A DNA stretch of 64,000 nt from Longimicrobiales bacterium. GTDB lineage: Bacteria; Gemmatimonadota; Gemmatimonadetes; Longimicrobiales; Gaopeijiaceae. Below are positions 31,825 to 41,374 of this stretch, piece after piece (positions within the stretch are counted from its first letter, which is position 1; the number at the start of each line of letters is the position of its first letter). The position numbers and the translations under genes were made by a program. The stretch covers positions 2,752,001 through 2,816,000 of the forward strand of contig CBDAON010000004.1 in assembly GCA_965198065.1 (NCBI GenBank). Reading direction: 5' to 3'. Below the pieces are notes generated by a model. The model was given only the letters and a program-made list of their open reading frames with translations. It did not search any database and was not told where the DNA came from.

Positions 31825-33177
31825 ATGGAAGGCACGCGTTTGCATCGATGGACGCTGGCGCTTGCGATCGTGGCGACCGCGGTGCTCGGAGAGGCCCTCT
31901 CCGCGCAGATGACCGACGGGCAGGTCACGTTTGCGGAGGACGTCGCCTCCATCATCCAGGAGAACTGTCAGATCTGCCACCAGCCGGGTGGGATTGGGCC
32001 GATGGCGCTCAGGAGCTATGAGGAGATCCGTCCGTGGGCTCCGATGATCCGTGAGAGGGTCGCCCGCCACGAGATGCCTCCCTACGCGTATGACAGGGAC
32101 GTGGGCATCCAGGATCTGCAGCAGGACTGGCGGCTTTCCGAGGAAGATATCGCGACGATCGTGGCCTGGGTCGATCAGGGCGCGGCGCTGGGCGATCCGG
32201 CGAACCTGCCTCCGCCGATCCAGCTTGCGAGCGCGGATGATTGGAGGATGGCCGCCGAGTTCGGACCTCCGGACATCGTGGTCGGCACGCCGGGGATCGA
32301 GGTGCCAGCGGCCGGGAACGACATGTGGTATCGGCCGCAGATGGAGACGAACCTCGCGGAGGAGCGCTGCATCAAGGCGCTGCAGGTGAAGCCCGGGGTC
32401 GGCAACGCGAAGTCGGTCGTCCACCACGCCAATTCGTCGTTCCAGCTCCTGCAGGAGGATGGCACGTTCGAGAGCGCGGGTCGCTCGACCGAGTACGCGA
32501 TGGGCAAGTTTGGTGAGATCCTGCCTGAGGGCACGTGCCGGACGATTCCCGCGGAGGCGTGGGTCTCCTGGGACATCCACCTCTTCCCCGGTGGGGTCGG
32601 AGGAGGCGCGACGGGCGAGGCGATCGAGGGCAACGTCGTCGAGCTCGGCATCTGGCTGCACCCCGCGGATTACGAGTGGGAGTATAGGCAGACTCTGTCC
32701 TCCTATGGGGACAACGGACCTTCAGGAGAGCTGGTCATGCCTCCCCACGGCACGGCCATGACGATCGGGTATCACTCGTTCGACCACCCGGTGCGGATCG
32801 ACCAGTTCCAGCCCCACGGGCACCTGCGGCTGCTGCACGCGTCGCTCGAGGTCTTCTATCCGGAGACCGGGGACACCGAAGTGATCAGCATGGTCACGAA
32901 CTGGAGCGCCACGTGGCATCACAGCCACATTTATGGCGAGGACTCGGCCCCGCTCATTCCGGCGGGCTCGGTTCTGATCGTCAAGCAGTGGTACGACAAC
33001 ACGGTCAATCACCCGAACAACCCCGACCCGGATCAGTGGGTCGCCGGGGGTAGCCGCACGGCCGACGAGATGTCGCACGCGTGGATCGGGATCACGCACC
33101 TGGACGAGGAGGGCTACGAGAGACTTCTCGCCGAGCGTGAGGGACGCCAGGACACGGTCGCGCAGGCCGGGAACTGA
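31825..33177 (+). CDS. Haem-c-fused copper type II monooxygenase, copy 3
   Basis: Same motifs as copy 1. Confidence 0.8.
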   Translation: MEGTRLHRWTLALAIVATAVLGEALSAQMTDGQVTFAEDVASIIQENCQICHQPGGIGPMALRSYEEIRPWAPMIRERVARHEMPPYAYDRDVGIQDLQQDWRLSEEDIATIVAWVDQGAALGDPANLPPPIQLASADDWRMAAEFGPPDIVVGTPGIEVPAAGNDMWYRPQMETNLAEERCIKALQVKPGVGNAKSVVHHANSSFQLLQEDGTFESAGRSTEYAMGKFGEILPEGTCRTIPAEAWVSWDIHLFPGGVGGGATGEAIEGNVVELGIWLHPADYEWEYRQTLSSYGDNGPSGELVMPPHGTAMTIGYHSFDHPVRIDQFQPHGHLRLLHASLEVFYPETGDTEVISMVTNWSATWHHSHIYGEDSAPLIPAGSVLIVKQWYDNTVNHPNNPDPDQWVAGGSRTADEMSHAWIGITHLDEEGYERLLAEREGRQDTVAQAGN

Positions 33178-33400
33178 TCGACCGGAGGTCGTAGCGTAGT
33201 TGCTGGTAGTTGATAGAAGTCGGGAGTTGCACGATGGGGACCGGAGGAATCGCTTGAGTTGACTCGGGTGGTTCGTCGGTCCCCATCCGTTCTTTTTCGG
33301 GTGCGCACAGGGGCCAGACCCTGCTCGAGGGGGTCCAGAAGGCGCGTTCCGGGCTGCCATGGGGCTCGGATCGCGCCTTCCGTTCACGCGCACGTGACTC

Positions 33401-33430
33401 TTGTGGCCTGGGCGGTGTCGAGCCTATAAT
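33401..33430 (+). promoter_or_regulatory. sigma70-type promoter of copy 4
   Basis: TTGTGG-N18-TATAAT; the leader resembles that of copy 1. Confidence 0.55.
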
Positions 33431-33480
33431 GCTACCATTCGTGGCAGTCTGTTCTGCATTCGGTTCGAGGAGGTGCAGCC

Positions 33481-34848
33481 ATGGGGGGGACGCAAGTGCA
33501 TCGGTGGGCGCTAAGGTGCCTCGGAGCGGGCACTCTGGCCGGCGCGGGGACGATCTTGCTCGGAGGGAACCTCTCCGCGCAGATGACCGGCGGGCAGGTC
33601 ACGTTTGCGGAGGACGTCGCCACCATCATCCAGGAGAACTGTCAGATCTGCCACCAGCCGGGTGGGATCGGGCCGATGGCGCTCAGGAGCTATGAGGAAA
33701 TCCGGCCGTGGGCTCCGATGATCCGTGAGAGGGTCGCCAGCCACCAGATGCCTCCCTACGCGTATGACAGGGACATTGGCATCCAGGATCTGCAGCAGGA
33801 CTGGCGGCTTTCCGAGGAAGAGATCGCGACGATCGTGGCCTGGGTCGATCAGGGCGCGGCGCTGGGCGATCCGGCGAACCTGCCTCCGCCGATCCAGCTT
33901 GCGAGCGCGGATGAGTGGAGGATGGCTGCCGAGTTCGGACCTCCGGACATCGTGGTCGGCACGCCGGGGATTATCGAGGTGCCGACGGCCGGGAACGACA
34001 TGTGGTATTCGCCGCGGATGCCGACGAACCTCGCGGAGGAGCACTGCATCAAGGCGCTGCAGGTAAAACCGGCGACCGGCAACGCGAAGTCGGTCGTCCA
34101 TCACGCGAACTCGAGCTTCATGCTCCTGCAGGAGGACGGCACGTTCGAGCGAGCGGGTCAATCGACAGAGTACGCGATGGGCAAGTTCGGTGAGATCCTT
34201 CCTGAGGGCACGTGCCGGAAGATACCCGCGGAGGCGTGGGTCTCCTGGTCCATACACCTCTTCCCCGGTGGGGTCGGGGGGGCCGCGACGGGCGAGGCGA
34301 TCGAGGGCAACATCGTCGAGCTCGGCATCTGGCTGCACCCCGAGGATTACGAGTGGGAGTACAGGCAGACTCTGTCGCTCTACGGGCGCAACCAGGGGGA
34401 GTTGGTCATGCCTCCTCACGGCACGGCCATGACGACCGGGTTTCACTCATTCGACCACCCGGTGCGGATCGACCAGTACCAGCCCCACGGGCACCTGCGG
34501 CTGCTGCACGCGTCGCTCGAGATCTTCTATCCGGAGACCGGGGACACCGAAGTGATCAGCATGATCTCGAACTGGAGCGCCACGTGGCATCACAGCCACA
34601 TTTATGGCGAGGACTCGGCCCCGCTCGTTCCGGCGGGCGCGATTCTGATCGTCAAGCAGTGGTACGACAACACGGTCAATCACCCGAACAACCCCGACCC
34701 GGATCAGTGGGTCGCCGGGGGTAGCCGCACGGCCGACGAGATGTCGCACGCGTGGATCGGGCTTACCCACCTGGACGAGGAGGGCTACGAGAGACTTCTC
34801 GCCGAGCGTGAGGGGCGCCAGGACACGGTCGCGCAAGCGGGGAACTGA
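33481..34848 (+). CDS. Haem-c-fused copper type II monooxygenase, copy 4 (different signal peptide)
   Basis: Same motifs as copy 1. Confidence 0.8.
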   Translation: MGGTQVHRWALRCLGAGTLAGAGTILLGGNLSAQMTGGQVTFAEDVATIIQENCQICHQPGGIGPMALRSYEEIRPWAPMIRERVASHQMPPYAYDRDIGIQDLQQDWRLSEEEIATIVAWVDQGAALGDPANLPPPIQLASADEWRMAAEFGPPDIVVGTPGIIEVPTAGNDMWYSPRMPTNLAEEHCIKALQVKPATGNAKSVVHHANSSFMLLQEDGTFERAGQSTEYAMGKFGEILPEGTCRKIPAEAWVSWSIHLFPGGVGGAATGEAIEGNIVELGIWLHPEDYEWEYRQTLSLYGRNQGELVMPPHGTAMTTGFHSFDHPVRIDQYQPHGHLRLLHASLEIFYPETGDTEVISMISNWSATWHHSHIYGEDSAPLVPAGAILIVKQWYDNTVNHPNNPDPDQWVAGGSRTADEMSHAWIGLTHLDEEGYERLLAEREGRQDTVAQAGN

Positions 34849-34977
34849 CTCACAGGGAGTTGTCTCTTTTGGGGTTGGAGTTGCACTATGGGGGCCGAAG
34901 GAGTCGCCTGAGCTGCCTCGGGCCCTTCGGTCCCCGTGTTGTTTGTTAGCCTGCGCTGCACGCGCAAAGGAGTCTCC

Positions 34978-35955
34978 ATGAAGCGGTCTCGCACAACCCG
35001 TGGCGTGGTGGCGGTTACGCTCCTCCTCTGCGCCGGCTCGGCGCTGGAAGAGGCCCTGGAAGCCCAAGCCATGCCTCTCCGACCCAATCCGCCGAGCGGG
35101 TACCCGATCGCCCCGTTCTTGGAGGGGTGGTACGACAACGGCGACGGGACGTACACGTTCTCCTTCGGCTATCTCAATCGGAACGAGGACGTTATCGAGA
35201 TCCCCATCGGCGAGGACAACTTCATCGAGCCGGCGCAGTTCAACGGGATGCAGCCGACGGTGTTCGACACCGGACATCCCCGGGGGGTCTGGACTGTGAC
35301 GCTTCCGGCGGACATGGCCGGAACGGACGTGTGGTGGACGATCCGGACCCCCGACGGCCTGGAGGCGCGGGTGCCAGGGCGGCACACTGCCGCCGCGTAC
35401 CAGCTGGACAAATATCCGCGGCCGCACGGCACGGTGGCCCCGCTCGTTTCGTTCGAGGAGGGTGGTGACACCGGTCAGTATCCGTCCGGGATCGTGTGGG
35501 ACGGCACGCAGCAGGCGAGGGTCGGGGAGCTCCTGACGCTCTCGGTGAATGTGCAGGACATATCCGTTCGCGATCCGAACGACCCCCGCGCCCCGGATGA
35601 GCCGCCATCGATCACGGCGACGTGGTCCAAGCATCAGGGTCCGCCGGGCGAGATCGAATGGGTCCGACACCCGTCGACTCCGGAGCCCGAGCCACCGGAG
35701 GACGACGGGCGCGCGGGAGGCGCCGGCGGTCGTGGGGGGGGAGGTGGGTTTGGACGCGGTGGCGGTCCTCCGCCTCCAGAGCGTATCGAGGTCGACGGGC
35801 CCGGCGGTACGGCGCTCGTACAGGCTCGCTTTCCCGCGCCCGGCGAGTACCTGCTCAGGGTCCAGGCGGACCAGTTCAGCTCGGCCCGGGACAGCAGCGG
35901 GGGTGACCAGTGCTGCTGGACGAACGGGTACGTGAGGGTCGTCGCGACCCCGTAG
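34978..35955 (+). CDS. Secreted QCCWTNGY protein, copy 2
   Basis: Paralogue of 29026-29982. Confidence 0.8.
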   Translation: MKRSRTTRGVVAVTLLLCAGSALEEALEAQAMPLRPNPPSGYPIAPFLEGWYDNGDGTYTFSFGYLNRNEDVIEIPIGEDNFIEPAQFNGMQPTVFDTGHPRGVWTVTLPADMAGTDVWWTIRTPDGLEARVPGRHTAAAYQLDKYPRPHGTVAPLVSFEEGGDTGQYPSGIVWDGTQQARVGELLTLSVNVQDISVRDPNDPRAPDEPPSITATWSKHQGPPGEIEWVRHPSTPEPEPPEDDGRAGGAGGRGGGGGFGRGGGPPPPERIEVDGPGGTALVQARFPAPGEYLLRVQADQFSSARDSSGGDQCCWTNGYVRVVATP

Positions 35956-36036
35956 GCGCGCCCACGGGGATGGACGCGGGAAGTAAGTGAGTGTGTGAGC
36001 AAGTTGTCCAGTCCTAACGTCTCAGGGAGGAAAACC

Positions 36037-38106
36037 ATGGTTCCGGACCGCGCCGTATGGCGAAGCCTCGGTCCCCTCGCCTGTATGGTCGCGGCGTGGC
36101 TCGTGCTACCGCTCGGGCCCGTCGAGGGGTCGGCGCAGGATCGAGGGTCTCCGTTTGGAGAGTGGCGTTACCAGAGCGGGGAAGCGTGGGGGACGCGCTA
36201 CTCGCCACTGACGCAAATCAACGCGTCGAACTTCGAGAACCTAGAGATCGCCTGGCTGTTCCGTGGAGACAACTTCGGGCCGAACATCTCGACGCAATCG
36301 CGCTCGACGCCCGTGTACGTGGACGGGAAGCTGTACACGGTGGTGGGATACCGGCGGCAGGTGGTGTCACTGGATCCGGGGAACGGGGAGATTCTGTGGA
36401 CGTTCCGGGAGCCGGACACGGAGCGGTTCCACCGCTCGATGCGGGCGAACTACGGCAAGGGTGTAGCGTACGGAGAGCTCGATGGCCGCGGGGTCATCTA
36501 CATCACGACGCCGGCGTTCTTCCTATGGGCGCTGGATGCCGAGACCGGGCAGCCGCTGGAGAACTGGGGGACGCCGGTGCCGCTACCGGGGTGGCCTCAG
36601 ACGGGCGTGGTGGACCTGCTCCCGGACCTGATTGCGGACTGGGGTCCATGGCAGAATTGGGGCGAGCCCTACGACCCGGACTACGGGATCCCGCGTGAGC
36701 TGGGCTACATCACGAACTCCTCACCGCCGATCGTGGTGAACGGGGTGGTGGTGGTCGGAAACTCGGCGGAGCAGGGCTACAACCAGACTCGGATCGAGAA
36801 CGTGCCGGGCGACATCCTGGGCTACGACTCGGGCACGGGGGAGTACATGTGGAAGTTCCACATGATTCCCAGGCCCGGGGAGTTCGGGCACGACACGTGG
36901 GAGAACGATGCCTGGGAGTGGACGGGTGACGTCTCTTCTTGGTCGCCCATGGCGGCCGACAACGAGCGGGGGATCGCGTACTTCGCGACGAACCCGCCGA
37001 CGATCGACTACTTTGGTGGATTCCGGCCGGGGGCGAACCTGTTCGGCACGAGCATCATGGCGCTGAACGTGCAGACGGGCGAACGGGTGTGGCACTTCCA
37101 GACGGTGCACAACGACCAGTGGAACTACGACATGCCGAACGTCCCGATCCTGGCGAACCTGAACGTGCCAGGGCAAGGGGAGATCCCGGCGTTGATCCAG
37201 ACGTCTAAGCAGGGGTTCATCTACACGTTCAACCGCGAGACCGGTGAGCCGGTGTGGCCGATCGAGGAGCGGCCGGTCCAGCAGACCGAGGTACCGGGCA
37301 ACTGGACGTCGCCTACGCAGCCGTATCCGACGAGGCCGGAGCCGTTCGAGGAAGTGACGATGGGAGGGCTCACGAACAACCCGGACCGGATCATCGACTT
37401 CACGCCCGAGCTGAGGGCGGAGGCGATGGCGATCCTGGAGAACTACCGGGTCGGCGGGCCGTACATGCCGCGCCTGTACGTAGGGCATGACGCGGGGGTG
37501 GAGGCCAACATCCGCTGCTCCGGCGGGCTCAACATCGGACATCCCGCGGTCTTCGACCCGACGACGAACACGCTGTACGCGTCGCACGGACCGGGATGTG
37601 GTGGAGGGTTCGTCATGCCGGGAATCGAGGCGGACGTGGCGGACGATCCGGGCACGACCGGGACCACGATCTCGGAGTGGGTGGCGGGACCCGGCGGCGG
37701 GCTGCCGCAGGTGCAGGGGCTTCCGATATGGAAGCCGCCCTACAACCGGCTCTCCGCGTACAACATGAACACCGGGGATCGCATGTGGTGGATCCCGATC
37801 GGTGAAGTGTCCGAGCAGATCCGGGACAACCCGGTCCTCCAGGGCGTGGACACCTCGCAGTTTGGAGGCGGGGGCAGCGCGGTCATGATGGTCATGGGCG
37901 ACCTGCTGCTCACGACGGGGTTCAGCGAGCCCGTGCTCCAGGCCCACGACAAGCGCACGGGTGAGGTGGTCGGCAGGGTCGACATTCCCGTCGAGGGTTC
38001 GTACGGGATGATGACGTACATGTACGACGGCGCGCAGTACGTGGTCGTGCAGATCGGGGGGTCGGAGTACCCGAGTTCCCTGGTGACGCTCAGGCTGGAC
38101 AACTAA
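36037..38106 (+). CDS. Secreted PQQ-dependent dehydrogenase-like protein (paralogue of 4914-6962)
   Basis: TRYSPLTQIN, NSSPPIV, HNDQWNYD, PTQPYP. Confidence 0.85.
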   Translation: MVPDRAVWRSLGPLACMVAAWLVLPLGPVEGSAQDRGSPFGEWRYQSGEAWGTRYSPLTQINASNFENLEIAWLFRGDNFGPNISTQSRSTPVYVDGKLYTVVGYRRQVVSLDPGNGEILWTFREPDTERFHRSMRANYGKGVAYGELDGRGVIYITTPAFFLWALDAETGQPLENWGTPVPLPGWPQTGVVDLLPDLIADWGPWQNWGEPYDPDYGIPRELGYITNSSPPIVVNGVVVVGNSAEQGYNQTRIENVPGDILGYDSGTGEYMWKFHMIPRPGEFGHDTWENDAWEWTGDVSSWSPMAADNERGIAYFATNPPTIDYFGGFRPGANLFGTSIMALNVQTGERVWHFQTVHNDQWNYDMPNVPILANLNVPGQGEIPALIQTSKQGFIYTFNRETGEPVWPIEERPVQQTEVPGNWTSPTQPYPTRPEPFEEVTMGGLTNNPDRIIDFTPELRAEAMAILENYRVGGPYMPRLYVGHDAGVEANIRCSGGLNIGHPAVFDPTTNTLYASHGPGCGGGFVMPGIEADVADDPGTTGTTISEWVAGPGGGLPQVQGLPIWKPPYNRLSAYNMNTGDRMWWIPIGEVSEQIRDNPVLQGVDTSQFGGGGSAVMMVMGDLLLTTGFSEPVLQAHDKRTGEVVGRVDIPVEGSYGMMTYMYDGAQYVVVQIGGSEYPSSLVTLRLDN

Positions 38107-38135
38107 CGAGCCAGCGGGGCCAAGAGCGCAGTGGG

Positions 38136-38175
38136 GAAGCCCCCCGGGGACGGAAGTCCTCGGGGGGCTTCTTCG
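38136..38175 (+). terminator. Terminator closing the monooxygenase/PQQ cluster
   Basis: GAAGCCCCCCG..CGGGGGGCTTC hairpin followed by TTCGT. Confidence 0.7.
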
Positions 38176-38304
38176 TGTGTCCCGAGCTATGCGACGGGCT
38201 CGGTTGGCCCGATCGAGCATGGCAGCGCGGATCGAGGATGGCTGTTCCTAGCACGCGTATGCGGGTGCGTGCCGCGCCCCGCCCTTCCAAGTGGGTAGGG
38301 AACC

Positions 38305-39000
38305 ATGGAGACAAGACGGTTCCTCGTCACTGGCGGCAGCCGGGGGATCGGCGCCGCCCTCGTCGAGCAGGCCCGGAACGCCGGGCACCAAGTGGTCTTT
38401 ACAGGCCGCGACCAAGAGCGGATCGAGAAGGTCGCCTCCGAGACTGGGGCCGTCGGGATCCGCGCAGACGTGGCGGTCGCCGAGGACAATGCCCGGACGG
38501 TTGCCGAGTGCGTGGAGCGCATGGGAGGCATCGACGTTCTGGTGAACAACGCGGGGTACGCCTACCGGGCCGAGATCGGGGATCTGGACCTGGACGCCAT
38601 GCGAAGGATGTTCGATGTGAACGTCTTCGGCCTGGTCGACATCACGGACCGCGTCGTGCCGCTCATGAAGGAACGGGGGGAGGGCGATATCGTGAACATC
38701 GCCTCGACGTCCGGAATGAAGGGTGGGCCAGGGGGTACGTCCTACGGCGCGAGCAAATGGGCTCTGCGGGGCATCACCCAGTCCTGGCAGGCCGAGCTGC
38801 GACCGCAGGGCATCCGCGCGATCTGCGTATGCCCTTCGGAAGTGCAGACGGATTTCGACGGGAAGACCGGTCGGAACAATCCCAACAAGCTCTTCGCCCG
38901 GGACATCGCCGCCACCATCATGGCCGCCGTGGACATGCCCCGCCGTGCCCTGTGGCCGGAGCTCGCCGTGTTCGCCGCAAATCCCTGGAAGGAGGGGTGA
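38305..39000 (+). CDS. SDR family oxidoreductase
   Basis: TGGSRGIG, NNAG, YGASK. Confidence 0.92.
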   Translation: METRRFLVTGGSRGIGAALVEQARNAGHQVVFTGRDQERIEKVASETGAVGIRADVAVAEDNARTVAECVERMGGIDVLVNNAGYAYRAEIGDLDLDAMRRMFDVNVFGLVDITDRVVPLMKERGEGDIVNIASTSGMKGGPGGTSYGASKWALRGITQSWQAELRPQGIRAICVCPSEVQTDFDGKTGRNNPNKLFARDIAATIMAAVDMPRRALWPELAVFAANPWKEG

Positions 39001-39249
39001 GGGCCGGCTCGGCCGGCGGCATGAAGTGTCGCATTCCTGACGCCGGGCCCGGCGCGCGTATGCCCGGGTCGGGGCCGGTCCGGGGACGAGGCGGTAGCCC
39101 GCGTTCTTTATTGACCTGTGGGGTTCGGCGCCGCTAAGTTTCAGCTACTTACCCCCGCTTGGCGGGGCCCCGGAACGATCGGCCTGAGTTGGCGGTAGTT
39201 CAGCTGATCGCGCTCCGCGCTGGGGGTTGAAATCAGGAGGTTTGCTGCC

Positions 39250-39978
39250 GTGAGCACTGTCCGTGTTACCCGGTTCGTATTTAGCCTGGGGATGCTCGCT
39301 CTGGCAGTCGTGCCGGCTCTCGGCATGGCGCAAGAGTCGGTAGAGCCGGTGCGACTTCTCGGTGCCGTGTCGGATGAGCGGACCGAGTTCCCCATCTCAA
39401 ACGCCGTGGTGTCGATCGTCGGCACCTCCATTCAGACCCGGACGGCTGCGGATGGCTGGTTCACTCTTCCGGACGCGCCTGTCGGGCCCATTACAGTGCG
39501 GGTTCAGGCTCAGGGTTACCCGGTCATGGTGGAGGACATCGAGGTTCCCGTCGATCAGATCCTCTTGGTCCACTTCATGGTTCCCGGGATCGATGCGGTT
39601 CTCGAGGGCCTTCTCGTGTTGGGAACGCCTCAGGGGGGCCGGGACGTGAGTGACCACGCGCCCGCGACTGCGCTGGACCTGCTGGCGGAGGAGATCCCCG
39701 GGATCCGCTTCCGTCACGGTGACGTCGGGAGGACCGACTACCAGATCCTTCTCCGCGGAGCGAGCAGCTTCATGGCGAACGGCGAGCCCTGGGTGTTCGT
39801 GGACGGGGTTCGGCTGTCGGGTGAGCTGGGGGATGCCTTCCAGCTCCTGAACGAGATTCCGGCGGCCGAGGTGAGCGACATCCAGGTTCTCAGAGGTCCG
39901 GCGGCCGCCTTCATAGAAGGGTCCGCGAACGGGGCCATTCTGGTGGAGACGCGGAGGGGTCGGGCTACCGATCGTTGA
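39250..39978 (+). CDS. Carboxypeptidase-regulatory-like domain plus TonB-receptor plug domain, no barrel
   Basis: LRGASS..PWVFVDG..IQVLRGPAAA..ANGAILVETRRG. Confidence 0.75.
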   Translation: MSTVRVTRFVFSLGMLALAVVPALGMAQESVEPVRLLGAVSDERTEFPISNAVVSIVGTSIQTRTAADGWFTLPDAPVGPITVRVQAQGYPVMVEDIEVPVDQILLVHFMVPGIDAVLEGLLVLGTPQGGRDVSDHAPATALDLLAEEIPGIRFRHGDVGRTDYQILLRGASSFMANGEPWVFVDGVRLSGELGDAFQLLNEIPAAEVSDIQVLRGPAAAFIEGSANGAILVETRRGRATDR

Positions 39979-40018
39979 ACGTCATCCGACGTCCCCGCTG
40001 GATCGGACTACGCTCCCG

Positions 40019-41374
40019 CTAGATCGGAGCGCTTCCCTGAGGTGACCCGGCCCCGAGGGGTAGAGCCAGCGTAGCGACACAACCGGACCGGTCGGGTCGG
40101 TTGGCCAGCGACAGGGATCCCCCGTGAGCCTCGGCAATGTCCCGGCTCAGCACGAGGCCGATCCCGGACCCGCCCCGCTTCGTGGTGAAGAACGGCACGA
40201 ACAGGTTCTCGGTGGAGGCCAGCCCGGGACCCTCGTCTTGGATCCGCACCACGAGTTGGTCTCGCTTCACTGACCAGCGGACCTCGACCCCCTCCCTGCG
40301 GTCGCCAGTCGCCTCCACCGCGTTGCGGGTCAAGTTGATCAGCAGCTGATTGAGTTGGTCCTGGTCGGCCTCGAGTGATACGTCCGGCCCGGCCACCACG
40401 CGCACGGGGAGTCGGGGTTCGAGCCGGGCCACTCCGGTGACCCACTCCCGTACGTCCAGCTCCTGCTTCTGCGGGGGCGGGAGCCGAGCCCAACGCGCGT
40501 ACGAGGTCATGAACCGGCCCAGGGAGTCCGAACGGGCCGAGATGACCCCTAGCCCGTCTCGCAGGTCCGCGTCCCGGTCCACGGGCGGAGGGTCGCGCCC
40601 GAGCAGATCCTGGAGGCTTCCCGAAATGGATCGGATCGGCGCCAGGGAGTTGTTGATCTCGTGGCTCAGGACCCGCACGAGCCGGCGCCATGCCTCCCGC
40701 TCCTCCTGTCTGAGCGCGCGGCTCACGTCCGCGATCACGAGGAGCCGGTGGGGGCGCCCCTCCTGGCGAAACGTTCCCCTACGCACGTCGAAGCGTCCCT
40801 CGGCCAAGGGGCCGACCTGATCCACCGTGGTGGGGCCGTCCAGCTCCAGCAGCTCCCGGATGCCGGCCTCTCCCGCGGTGAGGCCCTCGAGCTCCTCCAT
40901 CGGCTGGCCGAGGAGCTCGGCACCCCAGCGGTTCACGAAGCGGATCCGGTCCCCGTCGTCCACAGCAAGGATGGCTACGTCCACCTCGGCTAGAACGGCC
41001 CGGAGGAGCGCCCCGGCCTCCACTCCCCCGAGGCGGCTCTCGGCGAGCCCCTCCGCGAACGCGTTCAACTCCGAAAATGCGAGCCCTGCCGGGTCCTCGG
41101 GCACGCCTCCGCGGATGCGAGTGGAATAATCCCCGACCCGGAGGGCGCCCAGGGCGTTCGCGAGGGTCTCGAGCGGCCGCCGGTAGAGCGCGGCCGCCGC
41201 CGAGGCCAGCGCCACGCACGTCCAGACCAGAACGGCCGATCCGAGCCACCGCGCGAGATCGGGCAGGTCCACCCGCCACAGGAGGACGATCGCGACCGCG
41301 GTGGCCGGAAGGCCGGCCGCGAGGCAGAGGATGAAGATTCCGAGGTCGGAGCGGAGCCTCCGCCACACACTCAT
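40019..41374 (-). CDS. Sensor histidine kinase (HAMP/PAS/HisKA/HATPase)
   Basis: SHEINNSL, NLTRNA, DEGPG, FFTTK..GSGIGL. Confidence 0.92.
   Translation of the reverse strand: MSVWRRLRSDLGIFILCLAAGLPATAVAIVLLWRVDLPDLARWLGSAVLVWTCVALASAAAALYRRPLETLANALGALRVGDYSTRIRGGVPEDPAGLAFSELNAFAEGLAESRLGGVEAGALLRAVLAEVDVAILAVDDGDRIRFVNRWGAELLGQPMEELEGLTAGEAGIRELLELDGPTTVDQVGPLAEGRFDVRRGTFRQEGRPHRLLVIADVSRALRQEEREAWRRLVRVLSHEINNSLAPIRSISGSLQDLLGRDPPPVDRDADLRDGLGVISARSDSLGRFMTSYARWARLPPPQKQELDVREWVTGVARLEPRLPVRVVAGPDVSLEADQDQLNQLLINLTRNAVEATGDRREGVEVRWSVKRDQLVVRIQDEGPGLASTENLFVPFFTTKRGGSGIGLVLSRDIAEAHGGSLSLANRPDRSGCVATLALPLGAGSPQGSAPI

Noticed and set aside
27537..34848. Diversity-generating retroelement behind the variable loops
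   Set aside because: No reverse transcriptase in the window; differences include indels and are not adenine-specific
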